A DNA stretch of 64,000 nucleotides, taken from NCBI GenBank assembly GCA_965223845.1, contig CBDCXR010000004.1, forward strand, positions 2,720,001 to 2,784,000, given 5' to 3'. Origin of the DNA: Planctomycetota bacterium (GTDB lineage: Bacteria; Planctomycetota; UBA8108; SXIK01). The position numbers and the translations under genes are program-made. Numbering within the stretch: the first letter of the stretch is position 1; the number at the start of each line of letters is the position of its first letter. The notes below the pieces were generated by a model. It did not search any database. It had not been told where the DNA came from and saw nothing but the letters and a program-made list of their open reading frames with translations. Shown in pieces: positions 47,411-57,195 of this stretch.

Positions 47411-49672
47411 ATGAACGAGTCGGGCAGAACGGCACGAGCCGAACACGCAGGCCTGCGCGCGGATCGTCTCGCGCGCTTCGTTTCTTCACACCCCGGACTG
47501 CTTTACGGCACGTCGTTCGCAGTGGGTGCGGCGCTCGAAACCGCGCCGAACGGGCGAGTGCCCTCCGGTGCGGCGGTCCTCGTACTCGCGGTCACGGTCG
47601 GCGCGATCGGCGTCTGCGCGCGCAGTCGTTTTCCATCGCCACGCGTGAGACAGCGGCTCGCTCGCACGGTTGCGATCGGAATGGTCTTCGCGTTCGCGGG
47701 AGCCGGCCGCGTCCACTTCCCGGGCGACAGCAGCCGACCGTCTCCTCCGCGAGCCAGTGCGATCGTTCGCGGAGTCGTCGTCAGTCCCCCACTCACGGAT
47801 GCACCGGGCGGCAAAAGCGGGCTGCCCGCGACGAGCTTTGACCTCCGCACCGAGTCGATCGGCGCGCCGGTGCACGTTCGCTCCCTCCAGTCGATCCCCG
47901 GTGTCCGCGGCGGTGACCTCGTCTCGGTGCAGGGTACGGTTCTCCCCGGCCGTCGCGGCTCGGTGCAGCTCCGGGCAGACCGAAGGGCGAGCGTTCGCCT
48001 CCTTCGCGAGCCCGGAAGTGACGAAGGGAGTGAGCCTACTCGAACCGGGACGCGTCTTCGCGTCGCGGCGTACCGCGCTCTCGGATCCCTCCGTCAACAT
48101 CTCTACGACCGACTCGGGCAGCTCTACTGCGGAGACGATCACGGCGTCCTGCTCGCGCTCCTCCTCGGCGACCGACGCGCGCTCTCCGCTTCGACCCGCG
48201 ACGCTCTCGTCGACTCGGGAACGTTTCACTTCCTCGCGATCAGCGGCCTTCACGTCGGGCTCGTCCTCTGGGCGATCCGCCGGATCCCCTGTCCGCGACG
48301 CGCGCGGCTCACCGTTCGACTGGGTCTCGCTGCAGCCTTCGTCATCCTCACCGGAGGGCAGCCACCCGCAGTCCGCGCCGGGATCTTTCTCGCCGCTCAG
48401 CTCGTCTACGCGTCGCGCGATCGATGGTCGCCGCCGCTCAACGCGCTCGGCTGGACGGCGCTCCTTCTCCTCGGGTTTGATCCGCTTCTCGTTCGCGACG
48501 TCGGCTTTCTGCTCTCCTTCGTCGCGGTACTCGCGATCCTCACTTGGGGACAGCGCCTCGCCGCGGCTGAACCGTCCGCCGAACTTCCCGTCGAGCGACG
48601 CCCGAGCTCGACGGCATGTAGAGTCGTCGCTGGCGCGACCAGTGTACTTCGCCGGGCCTTCGCGGCGTCGCTCGCCGCAACCGTGGCGACGACTCCCGTT
48701 CTCCTCTGGACGTTCGGGCGAATCCATCCCCTCGCACCACTCTGGAACGTCATCGCCTTCCCCTTCGTGGCCGCGGGCCTGTTCGCCGGCGCGGGCAGCC
48801 TCGTCGTTTCGTCGGTTTCGGTCGAAGCGGCGCGACCGCTGGCGGCAGTCGCCGCCGCATCCCTTCGAGTGCTCACCTCGACTCTCGAGTTCGCCGCCGG
48901 CGTCCCGGGGAGCTCGCTCCAGCTCGGGGGCGCTTCGTTCGTCGCGATCGGCGCGGTGTACTTCGTTCTCGTCGCCGGAATCGCGACGCCCGCTCGAAGC
49001 CGAACGCTCGCCGCTGCACTCGTACTCGTCGCCGCCGCGGTGTTCTTAGGACCTCGTCCCGGCGCCGCGCTCCACGTCGTTCCCGGGACGACGCGCGGGA
49101 GCGCCGTCGTCCGCGTCGCCGACGCCGCGACTCTCATCGTCGAGCCGCGGCCCGACACCGCGGATGGAATCGCCCGCGCGCTGGCCGGCCTTCCGCGAGC
49201 TCGTGTCCAGGTCGTCGGGCTCACCTCGCTCGATTCCCGCGTGCTCGACCGCGTCTCGGCGACGCGACACCAGACCTCTGAGCGGAGCGTTCGTCCCCTT
49301 TGGCGCGGCGAGGAGCTACGAGCCCGGCCGACCGCCTCGTTTCTGGTCCTCCAGCCATCGCGCGAGGATCCGGCTTCACGGCGCCGCCTCGTCGCCCGCG
49401 TCGAAACGCCGACTTCGTCGTGCATCCTGGTCGGCGCCGGACCGGACCGCGCGGTCGGTCGCCTCCTCTCCGGCAACGACGATCTCCGCGCGGACCTCCT
49501 CGTCGTCCTCGGGACGATTCGCAGGAGCGAAGTGTGGAGCGAGCTTCTCCGGCGCGTCGAGCCCCGTCGCGTCGTCGTCGCCCGGCGCGATCTCCGGGAA
49601 GAGATCGGATCCGGTCTCTCGTCGATTCTTCGCGTCGACATGGCGAACCCGGACACCTGCGTTCTACCCTAG
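47411..49672 (+). CDS. comEC: ComEC/Rec2 competence protein with degenerate C-terminal MBL domain
   Basis: ALLLGDR...SGTFHFLAISGLHVG, PPAVRAG, GFLLSFVAV; OB-like N-terminal region. Start ATG 47411. Confidence 0.88.
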   Translation: MNESGRTARAEHAGLRADRLARFVSSHPGLLYGTSFAVGAALETAPNGRVPSGAAVLVLAVTVGAIGVCARSRFPSPRVRQRLARTVAIGMVFAFAGAGRVHFPGDSSRPSPPRASAIVRGVVVSPPLTDAPGGKSGLPATSFDLRTESIGAPVHVRSLQSIPGVRGGDLVSVQGTVLPGRRGSVQLRADRRASVRLLREPGSDEGSEPTRTGTRLRVAAYRALGSLRQHLYDRLGQLYCGDDHGVLLALLLGDRRALSASTRDALVDSGTFHFLAISGLHVGLVLWAIRRIPCPRRARLTVRLGLAAAFVILTGGQPPAVRAGIFLAAQLVYASRDRWSPPLNALGWTALLLLGFDPLLVRDVGFLLSFVAVLAILTWGQRLAAAEPSAELPVERRPSSTACRVVAGATSVLRRAFAASLAATVATTPVLLWTFGRIHPLAPLWNVIAFPFVAAGLFAGAGSLVVSSVSVEAARPLAAVAAASLRVLTSTLEFAAGVPGSSLQLGGASFVAIGAVYFVLVAGIATPARSRTLAAALVLVAAAVFLGPRPGAALHVVPGTTRGSAVVRVADAATLIVEPRPDTADGIARALAGLPRARVQVVGLTSLDSRVLDRVSATRHQTSERSVRPLWRGEELRARPTASFLVLQPSREDPASRRRLVARVETPTSSCILVGAGPDRAVGRLLSGNDDLRADLLVVLGTIRRSEVWSELLRRVEPRRVVVARRDLREEIGSGLSSILRVDMANPDTCVLP

Positions 49673-49849
49673 ACTCGAGGAATCCCTCGGCGGACCGGAT
49701 CGATCACGGACGGCCGCGCGCGTGAGACCGCCCTCAGAGACGAAGCCCCGCCTCCCCGAGGGGGTTACAATGGTCGGGCTCGAACTCGTCCTCTCCGGAG
49801 GAGACGCTCGGGCGGAGCCGAACCGAGGGAGATCGGAGAGCCTGTCTAC

Positions 49850-51652
49850 ATGAAACGATCGCTCGCGGGCCTCGCACTCGGCGCGGCCCTTCAGTGGACT
49901 CTGCTCGCCCCGCCGGCGCACGCGGAGGAACCTCGCATCGAGTTGATGGTGACGCCCGGCTATTTGCCGGGCGTTCCGGTCCTCGTTCGATTCGATCGCA
50001 CGACGGCGCCCGGCGTTCCGCTCGCGCGCGAACCGTGGAACGGAGTGGTGGCTTTGAGCTCCGACCGCGCTGAAGTCGAGCTCGTCCCCGACGCGATCGA
50101 GCTACGCGGCGGAATGGGCTCCGCGCTCGTCGCGATCTCCGGCGGCGGCGACTTCACGCTGCGGGCGGAGATCGGTGGACAGAGTGTCGAGCGCGAGCTT
50201 CGCGACCTCACCGGCGAGCCGATCCATTCCGTGCAAGGAACTCTCGACGGCGAAGCGACGGAGTGGAGCGGGATCGTTCACGTGACCGCGGATGTGCAGG
50301 TTCCGGTCGGTCACACGCTGACGATCCGACCGGGGACTCTCGTCGTTCTCGACGGTGTCGCGACCGGCGAAGACGGGGTCGACCTCAACGTGAAGGGAAC
50401 CCTCGAAGCGTTGGGGACCCGCGACGAGCCCGTCTCCTTCACGGCCGCCGCAACCCACGAGCCCTGGGGAGAGATCGACTTCGACGGCGCGACCGGACGC
50501 TTACAGAACGCGCTGATCACCCGCGCTGGAAGCTCGCCGGCCGGCGGCCACACGAGCTCGGGACCCGCGGTGCGGTCTCGCGAGGACAGCACCGTCGAGC
50601 TCGACGGCTGCGTGATCTCGGACATCGCCGGCAAGATCATGACCGCGGACGACAGCGACCTCGTCTTTCGCGACTGCATCCTCGCTCGCGCGATCATGGG
50701 CCCCGAGATCGACGACTCGGCGGCGCTTCTCGAGCGCTGCCTCATCGCGGAGATGCGCGGAGAGGACGACAACGACGGGATTTACCTCCACAGCCAGAAG
50801 GCGGGCCAAGAGCTCACGCTCCAGGACGTCATCGTCGCGGGCGGCGACGACGACGGAATCGACACCCTTCGCTCCACCGTCACTATCGCGGAGTGCGTCG
50901 TTCGCGACTTCGCGGACAAAGGGATCAGCGCATTTTCGTCCGACTTGACGGTCACACAGACGATCCTCGCGGACTGCGACATCGGTGTGTCGAACAAGAG
51001 CGATGATCCCGACGGCTCACTGGTTCGCATCGATCGCTCGACCATAGTGGGGAACCGCCTCGGCATCGAAGCGAACGACAAGTTCGACGAGCCCGAGAAC
51101 GATGTGCGGTTCAAAGTCTCGAGCTCCATCGTTCGCTGCGACACGACGCTCGAGACAGGATTCGCCGACGAGAAGATGCAAATCTCCTACTCGGCGCTCG
51201 GCGACGACTGGCCGGGTGAGGGCAACTTCACCGACGATCCGGAGTTTGTCGACGGCAACGCTTGGGACTTTCGGCTGTCGGCCGGCTCGCCGTGCATCGA
51301 CAGCGGTGATCCCGCCGCGGAACTGGACCCGGACGGAACGCGCGCCGATCGCGGCGCCCTCCCGCGATCGACGGTCGTCGATGCGCCTCGGTTCACCCGG
51401 GGCTCGACGAACGGAGACGAATGGATCGACATCTCCGACGCGATCTCGATCCTCTTTCATCTCTTCGGCGGACGCAGCATTCCCTGCCGCGACGCCGCCG
51501 ATGCGAACGACGACGGGGGCGTTTCCCTCGGCGATGCCGTGTTCTTGCTCGAGGCGATCTTCACGGGCGGCCCCGATATCCCGCATCCGAGCGCTTGCGG
51601 CACGGATCCGACGGAGGACGATCTCGACTGCGCCAAAGAAGCTTGCGCCTGA
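49850..51652 (+). CDS. Secreted right-handed beta-helix protein with C-terminal dockerin-like module
   Basis: Signal peptide; VPVGHTLTIRPGT; PbH-type repeats (DDNDGI, DDDGID, DKGIS); DPEFVD...FRLSAGSPCIDSG; FTRG..NGD..DISDAI...PCRDAADANDDG. Confidence 0.8.
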   Translation: MKRSLAGLALGAALQWTLLAPPAHAEEPRIELMVTPGYLPGVPVLVRFDRTTAPGVPLAREPWNGVVALSSDRAEVELVPDAIELRGGMGSALVAISGGGDFTLRAEIGGQSVERELRDLTGEPIHSVQGTLDGEATEWSGIVHVTADVQVPVGHTLTIRPGTLVVLDGVATGEDGVDLNVKGTLEALGTRDEPVSFTAAATHEPWGEIDFDGATGRLQNALITRAGSSPAGGHTSSGPAVRSREDSTVELDGCVISDIAGKIMTADDSDLVFRDCILARAIMGPEIDDSAALLERCLIAEMRGEDDNDGIYLHSQKAGQELTLQDVIVAGGDDDGIDTLRSTVTIAECVVRDFADKGISAFSSDLTVTQTILADCDIGVSNKSDDPDGSLVRIDRSTIVGNRLGIEANDKFDEPENDVRFKVSSSIVRCDTTLETGFADEKMQISYSALGDDWPGEGNFTDDPEFVDGNAWDFRLSAGSPCIDSGDPAAELDPDGTRADRGALPRSTVVDAPRFTRGSTNGDEWIDISDAISILFHLFGGRSIPCRDAADANDDGGVSLGDAVFLLEAIFTGGPDIPHPSACGTDPTEDDLDCAKEACA

Positions 51653-51673
51653 TCCGTATAGCACCTGCGCTCG

Positions 51674-52819
51674 TCAGCGGTGGCGGGGAGCGATCCGTCG
51701 TGCGATCGCCTGGCGGAACGGTCGGCGGAGAACTCCCACCTCGGTGATGAGCCCGGCGATGTACTTCGACGGCGTCACATCGAAAGCCGGGTTGTAAACG
51801 TTGACCCCCTTCGGTGCGGTTCTTCGGCCGAAGCCGTCCGTCACCTCGCTCGCGTCCCGCTCTTCGATCGGAATCTCGGCTCCGGATCGAAGCGAGAGAT
51901 CGAAGGTCGTGCTCGGCGCTGCAACGTAGAACGGAATCTTGTGCTCGCGCGCGAGGACCGCCACTCCGAAGGTGCCGATCTTGTTCGCGACGTCGCCGTT
52001 CGCCGCGATGCGATCCGCCCCCGTCACGATGCAATCGACGCCGCCGGATCGCATCAGCGACGCGGCTGCGTTGTCGCAGAGGAGGGTGACGTCGACTCCG
52101 ACCGATTGGAGCTCCCAGGCGGTGAGGCGCGCGCCCTGGAGAAGCGGCCGCGTCTCGTCCGCGTAGACGGCGACGGACTTGCCCGCCGCTAACGCGCCGT
52201 AGACGACGGCGAGCGCCGTCCCGGCCCCCCCGGTCGCGAGTGCGCCCGCGTGGCAATGGGTGAGCACGCTCCACCCCGACCGGAGCACCTTCGCGCCGTG
52301 GCGACCGATCGCGCGGCAGAGCTCCCGGTCTTCGGTGTGAATCGAGAGCGCCTCGTCGAGAAGCGCCGACCCAACGCGGGAAGGACGGAACGAATTCGGG
52401 GACGCTCCGTCTAGGACCCGACGCGCCGCGTCCTCCATCCGCCGGAGCGCCCAGAAGAGATTGACGGCGGTCGGGCGCGACGACGCGAGATAGGAACAGA
52501 CCCTCCCCAGCGCGGCGAGGTAGCTCCGCGGCGTCTTCGCCGCGGAGTCCCGCATGCCGAGAACGACGCCGTACGCAGCCGCCACGCCGATCGCCGGAGC
52601 GCCGCGAACCGCGAGGCGCGCGATCGCGTCCCACATCTCCTCGGCGGTGCGAATACGAATCCGCTTGAACCGCTCGGGGAGAAGAGTCTGGTCCGTCATC
52701 GCGACGTGACCGCGCGGACCGCCGACCCAATCGAGAGCGGATGGGGGATCATCGAGGATCGTGCTCGCACGCTCCCGCGAGCTTCGCTTCGAACGCTTGG
52801 CCGTTGTCACCATTTCCAC
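51674..52819 (-). CDS. mtnA: Methylthioribose-1-phosphate isomerase
   Basis: DQTLLP, VRGAPAIG, RPTAVNL, LTHCHAGALAT, ADETRPLLQGARLTAWEL, NPAFDVTP. Confidence 0.96.
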   Translation of the reverse strand: MEMVTTAKRSKRSSRERASTILDDPPSALDWVGGPRGHVAMTDQTLLPERFKRIRIRTAEEMWDAIARLAVRGAPAIGVAAAYGVVLGMRDSAAKTPRSYLAALGRVCSYLASSRPTAVNLFWALRRMEDAARRVLDGASPNSFRPSRVGSALLDEALSIHTEDRELCRAIGRHGAKVLRSGWSVLTHCHAGALATGGAGTALAVVYGALAAGKSVAVYADETRPLLQGARLTAWELQSVGVDVTLLCDNAAASLMRSGGVDCIVTGADRIAANGDVANKIGTFGVAVLAREHKIPFYVAAPSTTFDLSLRSGAEIPIEERDASEVTDGFGRRTAPKGVNVYNPAFDVTPSKYIAGLITEVGVLRRPFRQAIARRIAPRHR

Positions 52820-52908
52820 CTACGCGTCCGTTCCCGCCCGGTCGCGGTTCACGGTCACGCGCTCTCTCCGATCCCGCGCCTCCGTTCCGGCGCCCGTACT
52901 CCCGTCGG

Positions 52909-53406
52909 CTACGCGATCGCTTCCTGCACGCGCCGATCCTTCTCGAGGACCTCCGACTTCATCGCCTCGCGGAAGTCGGCGAGGCGCGCGCGCAGGCCTG
53001 GATCGCCGATCGCGAGGATTCGAACGGCGAGAAGGGCCGCGTTCTTCGCACCGTCGATGCCCACCGTCGCGACCGGAATCCCGGGCGGCATCTGCACGGT
53101 GGAGTAGAGTGCGTCGACTCCGGCGAGCGCCCCGCTCTTCAGCGGGACACCGATCACGGGAAGGTGCGTCTTCGCGGCGACCGCGCCGGCGAGATGAGCC
53201 GCCATCCCGGCGCCGCAAATGATCACCTCGAACCCCTCGGCCTCGGCGCCCTCGGCTTTCTTGAGCGCGATCTCCGGCACGCGGTGCACGGAGTGCACGC
53301 GGAGCTCGCACTCGATCTCGAATCCCTTCAGGGTATCCGCCGCCTTTTGCATGACGGCGAGATCCGAGTCGCTTCCCATCAGAATCAGTACTTTGTGTTC
53401 GCTCAC
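52909..53406 (-). CDS. purE: N5-CAIR mutase PurE
   Basis: MGSDSD, SVHRVP, AGMAAHLAG, STVQMPPGIPVATV. Confidence 0.98.
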   Translation of the reverse strand: MSEHKVLILMGSDSDLAVMQKAADTLKGFEIECELRVHSVHRVPEIALKKAEGAEAEGFEVIICGAGMAAHLAGAVAAKTHLPVIGVPLKSGALAGVDALYSTVQMPPGIPVATVGIDGAKNAALLAVRILAIGDPGLRARLADFREAMKSEVLEKDRRVQEAIA

Positions 53407-53413
53407 GGCACTC

Positions 53414-54322
53414 TCAGCTCCAGCTCTGGCCCGTCAGGCGCTCGTAGATCTCTCGGTAAAGTCGCGACGTCTCGGCGATGACTTCGGCGGGGAGAGACGG
53501 TCCCGGCGGATTCCGATCCCAGTCGAGCCCGCGGAGGTAGTCGCGCACGTACTGCTTGTCGAAGGAGGGCTGCGACCGCCCCGGCGCGTAGCCGTCCGCC
53601 GGCCAAAAGCGCGATGAATCGGGCGTCAGCACTTCGTCGGCGAGGACGATCGGACCCGCACCACCGCTCACGCCGAACTCGAACTTGGTGTCGGCGATGA
53701 TCACTCCGCGCTCGCGCGCGTAGTCGGCGGCGGTTCGGTAGAGCTCGAGGGTGCGATCGCGGAGCTCGGCGGCGCGTTCGGCGCCGACCGTCGCTTCCAC
53801 CTGCGCGAACGAAATCGCCTCGTCGTGCTCTCCTTCTTCGGCCTTCGTCGTCGGCGTGAACAGCGCCGGGTCGAGCTGACAGCTCTCCTCGAGACCGCTC
53901 GGAAGAGGAATCTCGCACACCGAGCCCCGCTTCTGGTACTCCGCCCAGCCGGAACCTACGAGGTACCCTCGCACGACGCACTCGACGGGAAGCATTTCGA
54001 GCTTCTCGACGAGCATCGTACGACCCTCGAGCTGCTCGGCGTGCGGCTGCACGACGTCGGGCATCTCGCGAACGTCCGTCGTGATCAGGTGATTAGCGAC
54101 GCCCAGCTTCTCGAACCAAAACTCCGAGAGGCGCGTGAGTACCTTCCCCTTGTCGGGGATCCCGTTCGGGAGGACGACGTCGAACGCGGAAATTCGGTCG
54201 GTCGTGACGACCAGCAACTGACTGCCGAGGTCGTAGACGTCGCGCACCTTGCCGCGCCGGCACTCGAGACCCGGGATCTCGGTCTCGACGACGACGTTTT
54301 CTTGGTCGGTCGGTTCGTTCAC
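53414..54322 (-). CDS. purC: SAICAR synthase
   Basis: RGKVRDVY, TDRISAFD, ECVVRGYLVGSG, ADTKFEFG, DEVLTPDSSRFW, DKQYVRD. GTG 54322 with GGAG upstream. Confidence 0.98.
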   Translation of the reverse strand: MNEPTDQENVVVETEIPGLECRRGKVRDVYDLGSQLLVVTTDRISAFDVVLPNGIPDKGKVLTRLSEFWFEKLGVANHLITTDVREMPDVVQPHAEQLEGRTMLVEKLEMLPVECVVRGYLVGSGWAEYQKRGSVCEIPLPSGLEESCQLDPALFTPTTKAEEGEHDEAISFAQVEATVGAERAAELRDRTLELYRTAADYARERGVIIADTKFEFGVSGGAGPIVLADEVLTPDSSRFWPADGYAPGRSQPSFDKQYVRDYLRGLDWDRNPPGPSLPAEVIAETSRLYREIYERLTGQSWS

Positions 54323-54457
54323 TTCTACACTCCACAATGCGACCTCGAGTTCGAGGTCATAGGGTTCGAATGAAGAAAGTCGAAAGAGTGAAATCCGCTC
54401 GAGATCGCGCGGTCGCCCCGATCTCGCCGCCGTCGATCGATCGCGCGCCGTAAGCGT

Positions 54458-55138
54458 CTACGCCGGCGGCGGTTTTTCCGGAGAGGTCGGGCGGCGCGGA
54501 CGCGTCGTCTCGACTGCTCGCCCTTCCCGAACGAGCCGATCGAGAAGGGGCTGTCCGATGGTCGGCCCAGCGGGGCTGCGCTGATCGATGAGCTTCGTTC
54601 TTCGTTTCGCCGAGACGGCGGGGCGTCGCGCACCCGTCCCGAGCGAAGGACCCCACATCCTCTGACCGTGACACACCGCCACGGCGAGGGCATCCGAGAC
54701 ATCCTCCGATTCCGGGAGGTCGTCTCGAGAGAGGATTCGTCCGATCATGCGCTGCACCTGGTCCTTCCCTGCCCCCCCGTTGCCGGTGATCGCCTTCTTG
54801 ACGAGTCGCGGGGCGTACTCGAACACGTCCATGCCCGCGATCTGTGCTGCGACGATCACGACGCCGCGGGCCTGGCCGAGCTTGAATGCACTCTGAAGGT
54901 TCTTACCGTGAAAGACGTCCTCGATCGCGAGCACCGCCGGCGCGTGAGCCGCCACGATGTCGCCGATTCTATCGAAGAGCGCGTGGAGCCGAGCGGGCAG
55001 CGAATCCGACGCGAGATGCAGAGCCCCGCAGTCGACGAGATCGACCTGGCGCCGCGCCGCGACGTCCACGACTCCGTAGCCGGCGATGCGAGTGCCGGGA
55101 TCGACCCCGAGGACTCGCACGGACTCGCTCCCCGCCAT
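54458..55138 (-). CDS. ruvC: Holliday junction resolvase RuvC
   Basis: VLGVDPG, AIEDVF, GQARGV, EYAPRLVKKAITGNG, DVSDALAVAVCH; low-complexity C-terminal tail. Confidence 0.96.
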   Translation of the reverse strand: MAGSESVRVLGVDPGTRIAGYGVVDVAARRQVDLVDCGALHLASDSLPARLHALFDRIGDIVAAHAPAVLAIEDVFHGKNLQSAFKLGQARGVVIVAAQIAGMDVFEYAPRLVKKAITGNGGAGKDQVQRMIGRILSRDDLPESEDVSDALAVAVCHGQRMWGPSLGTGARRPAVSAKRRTKLIDQRSPAGPTIGQPLLDRLVREGRAVETTRPRRPTSPEKPPPA

Positions 55139-55246
55139 GCGACTCTCCCACTTCTCTTGCGATGGAGGACCGGAGGAAGATAGCCGACCCGCGACCACCT
55201 TGTAAACTCTTCCCTCGCGCGTCCGGCGATCTTCCGGCGCCGCCGC

Positions 55247-56584
55247 CTACTCCGCCCCGCGGGACTCGTCGCGCTCGCGCCGCCGGTAAAAAACTCGGAG
55301 CGGGAGCTCCTCGAAGCCGAGCGCCTCGCGGAACGCGCCTTCCACGTAGCGGCGGTAGTCCGCGGGAATGAGGTGGGGTTCGTTGACGAAGATCACGAAG
55401 GTCGGCGGCCGCGTCGAAACCTGGGTCGCGTAGAAGATCTTCGGCACCTTGCTCCGGCGCGCGTGCGGAGGGTGGTACTCCTTGATCGCCTCGACGACGC
55501 GATTGAGCTGTCCCGTCCCGATGCGGCGCGACGAGCGCTTGTAGAGGCTCTGGGCGAGATCGATGGCCGACTGAAGATTGCGCGACTGCGTCGCCGTCGT
55601 GGCGACGATCGGCGCGAATCTCAGCCCCGGGAGGGCCTTGTAAAGGTAGTCGGCGTACTCCTCGGTCGTCATGTCCTCGCGGACGAGATCCCATTTGTTC
55701 GCGATGATCACGCAAACCGCCGACATGCGCGAAATCAGCTCGCCGAGCTTCTTATCCGCACGCGTGATCTCCTGGCTGGCATCGAGCAGGAAAAGAACGA
55801 CATCGACCCGCCGGATCGCTTGCTCGGTCCGAACACGGCTGTAGAACTCGATCGATCCGCCGGTATGGCGCTTCCGCTTGACCCCGGCCGTGTCGACGAT
55901 CACGAACTCGCGGCCGTCCTTCTCGAACTTCACGTCGACGGCGTCGCGCGTCGTTCCTGGGACCTCGCTCACGATCACGCGCTCCTCGCGCGCGATCGCG
56001 TTCACGAAGGACGACTTGCCCACGTTCTGCCGCCCGACGACGGCGATGTGCATCACCGGTTCGGGAACGTCTTCTTCGGTCGGCCACAGGTTCTCGGTCA
56101 CCCGATCGAGAAGCCGCGACGTCCCGATCTCCTCCTTCGCGCTCACCGCGATCGGCTCGCCGAGTCCGAGCTCGTAAAACTCCGGCACGTCGGCCTCGTA
56201 GCGAGGCGCATCGACTTTGTTCGCAACGACGAGAACCGGAACCTCACGCGATCGTTCGCGCAGTCGCCGCGCCACCTCGCGATCGAGCGGGACGATGCCG
56301 TCGCGTGCGTCCGTCACGAAGAGGATCAAGCTCGCGCCGCGAACGGCGAATTCGATCTGGCGCTCGACGTGCTCGCTGAGATCATCGCGATCGACGACGC
56401 CGATTCCGCCGGTGTCCATCACCTCCATCGTCACGTCGCGATGCGTCATCACGGTCGAAATCCGATCGCGCGTGACTCCGGGTGTTTCCTCGACGATCGA
56501 GATGCGGCGGCCGGCGAGGCAGTTGAGAAGCGACGACTTGCCGACGTTCGGCCGGCCGACGATCGCGACGAGAGGCAGTCTCAT
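55247..56584 (-). CDS. der: Ribosome biogenesis GTPase Der
   Basis: Two G domains (GRPNVGKS / GRQNVGKS, TRD, DTGG / DTAG, NKVD / NKWD) and KH-like KIFYATQ..PPTF. Start 56584. Confidence 0.97.
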   Translation of the reverse strand: MRLPLVAIVGRPNVGKSSLLNCLAGRRISIVEETPGVTRDRISTVMTHRDVTMEVMDTGGIGVVDRDDLSEHVERQIEFAVRGASLILFVTDARDGIVPLDREVARRLRERSREVPVLVVANKVDAPRYEADVPEFYELGLGEPIAVSAKEEIGTSRLLDRVTENLWPTEEDVPEPVMHIAVVGRQNVGKSSFVNAIAREERVIVSEVPGTTRDAVDVKFEKDGREFVIVDTAGVKRKRHTGGSIEFYSRVRTEQAIRRVDVVLFLLDASQEITRADKKLGELISRMSAVCVIIANKWDLVREDMTTEEYADYLYKALPGLRFAPIVATTATQSRNLQSAIDLAQSLYKRSSRRIGTGQLNRVVEAIKEYHPPHARRSKVPKIFYATQVSTRPPTFVIFVNEPHLIPADYRRYVEGAFREALGFEELPLRVFYRRRERDESRGAE

Positions 56585-57195
56585 GGCTCGCCTCCGGCAG
56601 CAGTGCGCTCGCGGTCGAGCGCCGCGAAGTGGAGAAGCGCGAGGTGCGTCTTCGCGTCGACGACGATCGGCTCCGCATCCGCGGACGGGTGGAGAATCGA
56701 CTCGAGGAGTGAGGCGAGCTCGAACTCCTTCACGCGGAGGCACTCGCCTGGTTCGAGCTCCTGCGGACCGGGCGACAGTTCTTCGGCGATGAAAAAGTGC
56801 ACCCGCTGCGCGGAAGTCCCTGGGATCGCGAACAGCTCCGCGATCGGCGTCAGATTCGCCGCGCGGTAGCCGGTCTCCTCGGCGAGCTCGCGCGCTGCGC
56901 AGTCGGCAGGCGCCTCTCCGGGCTCGATCACGCCGGCGGGAATCTCGTGGATATGGCCGTCGACCGAGTTTCGAAACTGCTCGACGAGGACGACCCCGCG
57001 GCGTCCGTTCGCGCGCGCATGAATCGGCAACACCGCGACCGCAGGCGGGAGGTGAATGACCTCGTGCTCGGCCTCGTGCCCTCCGGGAAGGACGATCTCG
57101 TCGATCGATACGCCCACGACGCGCCCGCGGAACCTCGTCGTGCGCCCCCGTCGGCGGAATTCCCCATCCTCTCGAACGCCCGGATACCGTGTCAC
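56581..57195 (-). CDS. Nudix hydrolase (ADP-ribose pyrophosphatase-like)
   Basis: EIPAGVIEPGEAPADCAARELAEETGY Nudix box; VEQFR; DAKT. Confidence 0.92.
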   Translation of the reverse strand: MTRYPGVREDGEFRRRGRTTRFRGRVVGVSIDEIVLPGGHEAEHEVIHLPPAVAVLPIHARANGRRGVVLVEQFRNSVDGHIHEIPAGVIEPGEAPADCAARELAEETGYRAANLTPIAELFAIPGTSAQRVHFFIAEELSPGPQELEPGECLRVKEFELASLLESILHPSADAEPIVVDAKTHLALLHFAALDRERTAAGGEP

